Position numbers and translations under genes: made by a program. A stretch of 64,000 bases of DNA from Thermoplasmatota archaeon (GTDB taxonomy: Archaea; Thermoplasmatota; E2; JACPAO01; JAHFTW01), in contig JBFIHX010000001.1 in the NCBI GenBank assembly GCA_041601615.1, forward strand, positions 192,001 to 256,000, given 5' to 3'. Shown here piece by piece: positions 59,177 through 64,000 of the stretch (position 1 is its first letter; every line of letters starts with the position of its first letter). The notes beneath the pieces are model-generated. The model did not search any database. It saw only the letters and a program-made list of their open reading frames with translations, and had not been told where the DNA came from.

Positions 59177-61966
59177 TTAGCCCTCCTGTTTGCGCCATTG
59201 CACCGTCTCGCCTTTGCGGCCCCAGAGTAGCCACGCGCCAACACCGATGCCCACCGCAGCGAGTCCACTGAGACTCCCCCATAGCCACGCGAGGCTCCGC
59301 TGCTTCACTGCAACGTCTTGGAGGGGTTCCGGCGCAGGTTTGGGCGCTGCTTCGGCCGTGAGCGGGTCCGTGCCGGCATCCAATTCGTCCTTGTCGCGTA
59401 TCCCGTCGCCGTCCGTATCGGCATTCTTTGGATCCGTGCCCAGAATTGCCTCCTGCACATCGGTGAGTCCATCGCCGTCGTCGTCTAGGTCGGCGTTGTC
59501 GCCGATGCCGTCGCCGTCCGTGTCCAGTTGTTCGTTGGGGTCCAGCGGGAACGCGTCGTCCCTGTTGATTACGCCGTCGTCATCCGAGTCGCCCAACGGT
59601 TCTTGGGATTCACAGGCATCACCTATGCCGTCGCCGTCCGTATCCTCTTGGCCAGGATCGGGGTCATCGGGGCACACGTCGATGCCGTCCTTGATTCCAT
59701 CCTGGTCCCGGTCGCCTCCCGACGCAAGCTCCGCTGGTCGGATGTATCGAGTCATCGTCCAGGAGACGCCTGCGTTGTCGGTTGCCGTCAAGCGGACGCG
59801 GTACGTTGCATCTGGATCGGGGAACGTGTGCTGCACTTCTCTCTCGGCGGAGTCCACCACGTCAAATCGAGAGGGATCCGCTTCGTCGTCAAAGCGCCAT
59901 GCGACCGCCGCTACCTCCACGTCGTCGCTGCTGGCATCCTGAAACCGTATGGTGCCCGGCGCGGCAGCATCCGCAAAGACCGACATTTGGGCCGTGGGTG
60001 CGTCGTTGTCCACGACGATGTTGCCACCCGGTGGCGCCCACTTGGTTTGGGCTCCTCGATCATCCGTGACCGTGAGCCGGAGCGCGTAGCTTCCTTTGGC
60101 CGCGTATGCGTGCTTGGGTTGCGGGTCGTCGCTGCGGCTGCCATCGCCAAAGTCCCATGCCCACGCCACGACCTTGCCGTCCATGTCTTGAGCGTCTACG
60201 ATGAACTTCACCGGAATCCGCGTGGCCGGGGGCGGGTCAAATCCTGCCGCGTCCACTGTTGGCGCACGGTTTTGCACCACCACAATCCGAGTCTGCTCCG
60301 CATAACCTCGATTGGAATCCTCGACGTACAACGTGACCTCATACACACCGGGAACTTTGTACAGGTGCGACAGGGTTGCGGGTCCCTCGGCGCGGCCGTT
60401 GCCCACGTCCCATTTGCGCACCACCAATTCGTGGTCGCCCTTGGCGCTCGTGTCCTGGAACGTTGCATCCTCGTACGTGCGCACGGTGGTCGGCGCCTCG
60501 AACGACGCCATGGGAGGGAGCCAGAGAATGTCGAACGAGTGTGTGACCTGATCCGAGCCCCCGTAGCCGTCGTCCACGGTCAGGGTGACAACGTAGGTGC
60601 CGCGTTCGCCGTACGCATGCTCGACGATGCGTTCGATGCTCGTGGTGCCGTCACCAAAATCCCAGAAGTAGGATAGCTCGTCGCCGTCGGGATCCGTGCT
60701 ACTTTCTGCCGATACGCGCACGGGATTGTCCACCGTGTCGCTGTCTTGCAAGATGGTGATGACGGCGGTGGGCGGGTCGTTGGTGGTCGCCACGGTCTTC
60801 GAGATGGAACCAGTGGCGCCATGGTTGTCCGTGACGGTGACCGAAGCCTCGTAGGCGCCCTTCTGCATGTAGCGGTGCTGAATGGTTGGGCCGCCTAGGA
60901 TGCTTGTCCCATCGCCAAAGTCCCACTTGTACACCGAGCGCAACGTACCATCGGGGTCCGTGGAACCCTTGGCGTCAAAGGTCACCGCTTGACCAATTTC
61001 CGGCACTTCGGGCGAGGTGACAATCTTGGCAACGGGTGGACGGTTGGCGGCGACGATATCCTGGCATTCGGTTCCAGTCGCGCCGTCCGCTTCGGTGAGT
61101 GTCAGGCAAACCGTGTATGTGCCAGAACGAGCATAAGCGTGTGTTGCGGTCGTGGCTGCCGGCGCTTGAAGAATCGTTCCGTCGCCAAAATCCCAGGTCC
61201 TTTGGACAATGGCAAATCCCTGAAGGTTGGTCTCGTCCGTGAAGACCACATCGTTCAAACTCAATGGTTCCTCGGGCGCATACGAGAAGGATGGCCCAAG
61301 AATCAGCTCCGGGTCACCGCTGTCCATCACGACAATGTACTGAATTTGGGTCTGGCCACTGAAGCGCTGGTAGGAGCCGGCCAACTCAAAAGTGCCTCCG
61401 GGGCCGCCCTCGGTATCCACCTTGTGGTACCCGATGAAGGCAAAGGGGCCATTCTCGTTCAGAGAGCCATACACGCAAAACGGCTCCCCGGTGTTCGCGG
61501 CACCCGATTGAGGATTGGTCGTCAGGTAGTCCGATTCGTACACCGCCAAGTCATCGCCTGCGCCGTTGGAAACGACCTCTGCAAACCTGCCCCGGAACCA
61601 GCCCGCTTTGCCAAGGCTCACCACGCTCTGGGAATCAAACTCCCCAGTTCCGATGCCCAAAATGGTGGTGGCATAGGGACTCCCTTCCACTTCCCGTGGG
61701 TCCGTGAACTGGTTGTCGCCACCTGTGAAATCGAAGTCCTGGTAGCGCTGCGACATGTAGCCCACTTCCAAGTAGGCGTCCGTCGCCAACGCCTCGACAC
61801 CCATGATGTCAGCACGGGGGCTGCGCCCGTTGGACAACTCCACCGTCGTCGGCACGCACGCATACCCCGTGAACTCAAATGATTCCGGAAACGAGTACGC
61901 TTCCGACCAGTCCGCAGACGCCGTGGAAAGCAGCGCCAACGCCGCGAGGGCCAGCAGAGGCGCCAT
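59177..61966 (-). CDS. surface protein with multiple PKD domains, TSP type-3-like repeats and C-terminal TM anchor
   Basis: Repeated WDFGDG; DTDGDGIGD repeats; C-terminal third paralogous to the neighbouring gene. Confidence 0.9.
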   Translation of the reverse strand: MAPLLALAALALLSTASADWSEAYSFPESFEFTGYACVPTTVELSNGRSPRADIMGVEALATDAYLEVGYMSQRYQDFDFTGGDNQFTDPREVEGSPYATTILGIGTGEFDSQSVVSLGKAGWFRGRFAEVVSNGAGDDLAVYESDYLTTNPQSGAANTGEPFCVYGSLNENGPFAFIGYHKVDTEGGPGGTFELAGSYQRFSGQTQIQYIVVMDSGDPELILGPSFSYAPEEPLSLNDVVFTDETNLQGFAIVQRTWDFGDGTILQAPAATTATHAYARSGTYTVCLTLTEADGATGTECQDIVAANRPPVAKIVTSPEVPEIGQAVTFDAKGSTDPDGTLRSVYKWDFGDGTSILGGPTIQHRYMQKGAYEASVTVTDNHGATGSISKTVATTNDPPTAVITILQDSDTVDNPVRVSAESSTDPDGDELSYFWDFGDGTTSIERIVEHAYGERGTYVVTLTVDDGYGGSDQVTHSFDILWLPPMASFEAPTTVRTYEDATFQDTSAKGDHELVVRKWDVGNGRAEGPATLSHLYKVPGVYEVTLYVEDSNRGYAEQTRIVVVQNRAPTVDAAGFDPPPATRIPVKFIVDAQDMDGKVVAWAWDFGDGSRSDDPQPKHAYAAKGSYALRLTVTDDRGAQTKWAPPGGNIVVDNDAPTAQMSVFADAAAPGTIRFQDASSDDVEVAAVAWRFDDEADPSRFDVVDSAEREVQHTFPDPDATYRVRLTATDNAGVSWTMTRYIRPAELASGGDRDQDGIKDGIDVCPDDPDPGQEDTDGDGIGDACESQEPLGDSDDDGVINRDDAFPLDPNEQLDTDGDGIGDNADLDDDGDGLTDVQEAILGTDPKNADTDGDGIRDKDELDAGTDPLTAEAAPKPAPEPLQDVAVKQRSLAWLWGSLSGLAAVGIGVGAWLLWGRKGETVQWRKQEG

Positions 61967-62087
61967 GCGACCAAGGGCCAGACGGCACACGATAGGGGAA
62001 CCCTGTTCTCGAAGTACAAAAGCAGTTTGGACGCTTCCTGTGGTTTTGCTCACCCATACGAACCCCCTATGAACCCCATCCGGCGTC

Positions 62088-63077
62088 GTGGACGCCGTGC
62101 GACAAGGTGTCCACTGCGTCGCCCGGTATCCCCACGAACGGGCCCACGTCGGACCTCTTGCCGCGAGGCTGCAAGACGGCCATCAACCCGACCCGGCACA
62201 CGCCAAGGTCCTCGTCATGCCCGACACGCGGCCACCCCAGCGCGGCGCCTGGAACATCCAAGTGTTTCACGGACTCGGCGACAAAGGATACACGGGCAAC
62301 CCGCTGTTTCTGCAACGGGGACGATTCCCGCGTGTGCGCACCGCCCTCAACCGCATTTCGGCAAGCCTCGGCCTTCCCGCTCACTGGCTGGCACCACCTC
62401 GTCGCCCCGGCTGCAAAAAGAGCCGATACGAACAAGTCAACGCTTACGGACCCCGCTTAGCAGACCACTTGGAATCGATCCTGCGCGACGCAGAAATCAG
62501 CCGCTTCGGACACGTCGCCCTCAACGAGCGCGGCCCACCCCGCATCGACCCCGAGGGCCCCCTCCTTTGGATGCCCACCTGGGACAACCACCGCTATCTA
62601 GGCGGCGCCAACCAAAGCAGCCTAACCGGATTCGCCCACGAAGTGGCACTCGTAAGCCGCCACGTCCCCGTGCGCGTCAAATTCCACCCCCACACCCTCC
62701 GGCACGACCAAGATCGCAAGGCGCGCCAGGAACTGCAAAAGGCCGATGGCGTGGAGAGCGTACCTCCCGAAGCCGACCCATACCCATTGCTCGACGGAAT
62801 TCGAGGCATCCTCACAGACACCAGCAGCCTCGGCTTCGAAGCCTACTGCCTCGGCATTCCCGTTGCCCTCGCGCACCCCACCGGCGTCCAATACCGAGGC
62901 CTGCACGCGGAACTTGCCGAACGCGTCACCGTCTTGAGTGCTGGAAAACCAGACCTACTCGCCTGGGCAGAAGCGCCGGACCCAACCCACGACCGCGCCT
63001 GGGCTCGAGACCTCCTGTTCGATCCATCCCGCGCGCGCAACGACGCCTTCGCGGCGCAAATTCGCACACACACGTAG
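62088..63077 (+). CDS. CDP-glycerol glycerophosphotransferase (TagF/TagB)-like protein
   Basis: [25 protein letters not shown] correspond to the TagF motifs (WHG, YAPTW, K.HP, ITDYSS). Confidence 0.75.
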   Translation: MDAVRQGVHCVARYPHERAHVGPLAARLQDGHQPDPAHAKVLVMPDTRPPQRGAWNIQVFHGLGDKGYTGNPLFLQRGRFPRVRTALNRISASLGLPAHWLAPPRRPGCKKSRYEQVNAYGPRLADHLESILRDAEISRFGHVALNERGPPRIDPEGPLLWMPTWDNHRYLGGANQSSLTGFAHEVALVSRHVPVRVKFHPHTLRHDQDRKARQELQKADGVESVPPEADPYPLLDGIRGILTDTSSLGFEAYCLGIPVALAHPTGVQYRGLHAELAERVTVLSAGKPDLLAWAEAPDPTHDRAWARDLLFDPSRARNDAFAAQIRTHT

Positions 63078-63217
63078 CAATGGAGCAAGCGACCCATCGG
63101 GCCGGCGCCTCACCGACTTCGAGCGACCGAGCGGCCACCCGCCTGCCAGCCAGCCAGCAAGCCAGGAACGCGAACTCCGACCGCAACCCCTAGGAGCAAC
63201 CACGGGACTCGACCCAA

Positions 63218-63901
63218 GTGGAGGACCCCGTCCGACTCGGACTCAGCCTCGCCATGCTCCTTGGCGCCAGCATCAGCGACCTACGCACCCGCCGCGTTCC
63301 CAACGTGTACTGGTGGCCCTGGTTTGCCGCCGCCACCGCACTGCTTCTAGGCGACCTGGCGCAAGACCCCGCCGCCACCCTCCTAGGGTTTGCGTGGTCC
63401 GCCGGAACCGCCTCCGTACTCTACGCCCTATGGTACTTTGGCTTGTTTGGAGGCGCCGACGCCAAAGGCCTCATGGTGCTCGCCCTCCTGTGGCCGACCC
63501 CGCCCGCCATCCTGGACGGCGCCAGCACCCCCGCCATCGACGCACTCGTCAACGCCAGCACCTTCGTGGCAATTCTACCCATCCTCTTCTTGCTCTGGAA
63601 CCTCACCCGCGGCCACATCGGCGGCCCCATGCTCCTCGGCATCCGCATGGACCGCGAAACCGCCCGCGGCCGCCACGTCTGGCCCATGGAACGCGTCGAG
63701 GACGGCGTCGTACGCATCCGCCTCTGGCAACGCATCGGAGCGCCCCTCGACGAAGCATACAACAACTTGGAGAAGGCGGGCGTCCAGCGCGTTTGGGCCA
63801 CCCCCAAAGTGCCGTTTATGATCGGAATCCTGGTGGGAATCATCATCGCCTATCGCTACGGCAACTTGCTCCTGCTCCTGATGGTGCGCCTGCTCAGTTG
63901 A
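63218..63901 (+). CDS. A24-family prepilin/prearchaellin peptidase (PibD/FlaK-like)
   Basis: SISDLRTRRVPN, FGGADAK, VWATPKVPFM. Confidence 0.9.
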   Translation: MEDPVRLGLSLAMLLGASISDLRTRRVPNVYWWPWFAAATALLLGDLAQDPAATLLGFAWSAGTASVLYALWYFGLFGGADAKGLMVLALLWPTPPAILDGASTPAIDALVNASTFVAILPILFLLWNLTRGHIGGPMLLGIRMDRETARGRHVWPMERVEDGVVRIRLWQRIGAPLDEAYNNLEKAGVQRVWATPKVPFMIGILVGIIIAYRYGNLLLLLMVRLLS

Positions 63902-64000
63902 AGGCCATCCTGGGCCAGTAGGTTGCCCGCAGCGCGCATGCCCTCGCCTGCCGACGCGCCCAGTTCCACCCGTTTGCGGCCAACGCCATGGTGCCATGGC

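Noticed and set aside
63140-63168. Short CCAG tandem repeat
   Set aside because: Only 4-5 imperfect units; expected by chance in C/A-skewed DNA.

Overview
High-GC archaeal chromosomal segment. Archaeal SRP54, NOG1, TyrS, Fap7-type kinase, TATA/leaderless starts, DnaK/GrpE and a PurS/L/Q split point to Thermoplasmatota (inference). Housekeeping genes (srp54, glyA, purSLQ, grpE, dnaK, tyrS, truA, type I gap, trxB, cobB, pyrG) are interleaved with accessory material. (1) A ~17 kb type IV pilus-like locus (23.5-40.4 kb) has a Walker-A-dead KaiC/RAD55 protein, an ATPase with a long disordered N-terminus, two TadC/ArlJ-like proteins and seven class III-signal proteins, three of them paralogous large pilin-like proteins with an inserted GATase-like domain; a prepilin peptidase lies at 63.2 kb. 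(2) Islands encode small secreted disulfide peptides and an RCC1-like propeller. (3) An ECF transporter has a T-S fusion. (4) Two PKD/TSP3 surface proteins share a C-terminal anchor motif. The most unusual DNA-level signals are orphan, synonymously recoded copies of gene 3' ends in tandem (behind gap at 43.6-43.9 kb and at 20.0-20.3 kb), an 8-bp periodic AT-rich array at 41.67 kb, and strong strand-composition flips that do not follow gene direction. Several microproteins below the ORF-track cut-off were translated by hand. No tRNA, rRNA, CRISPR array, integrase or transposase was recognised. All calls come from reading motifs by eye; no database searches were run.
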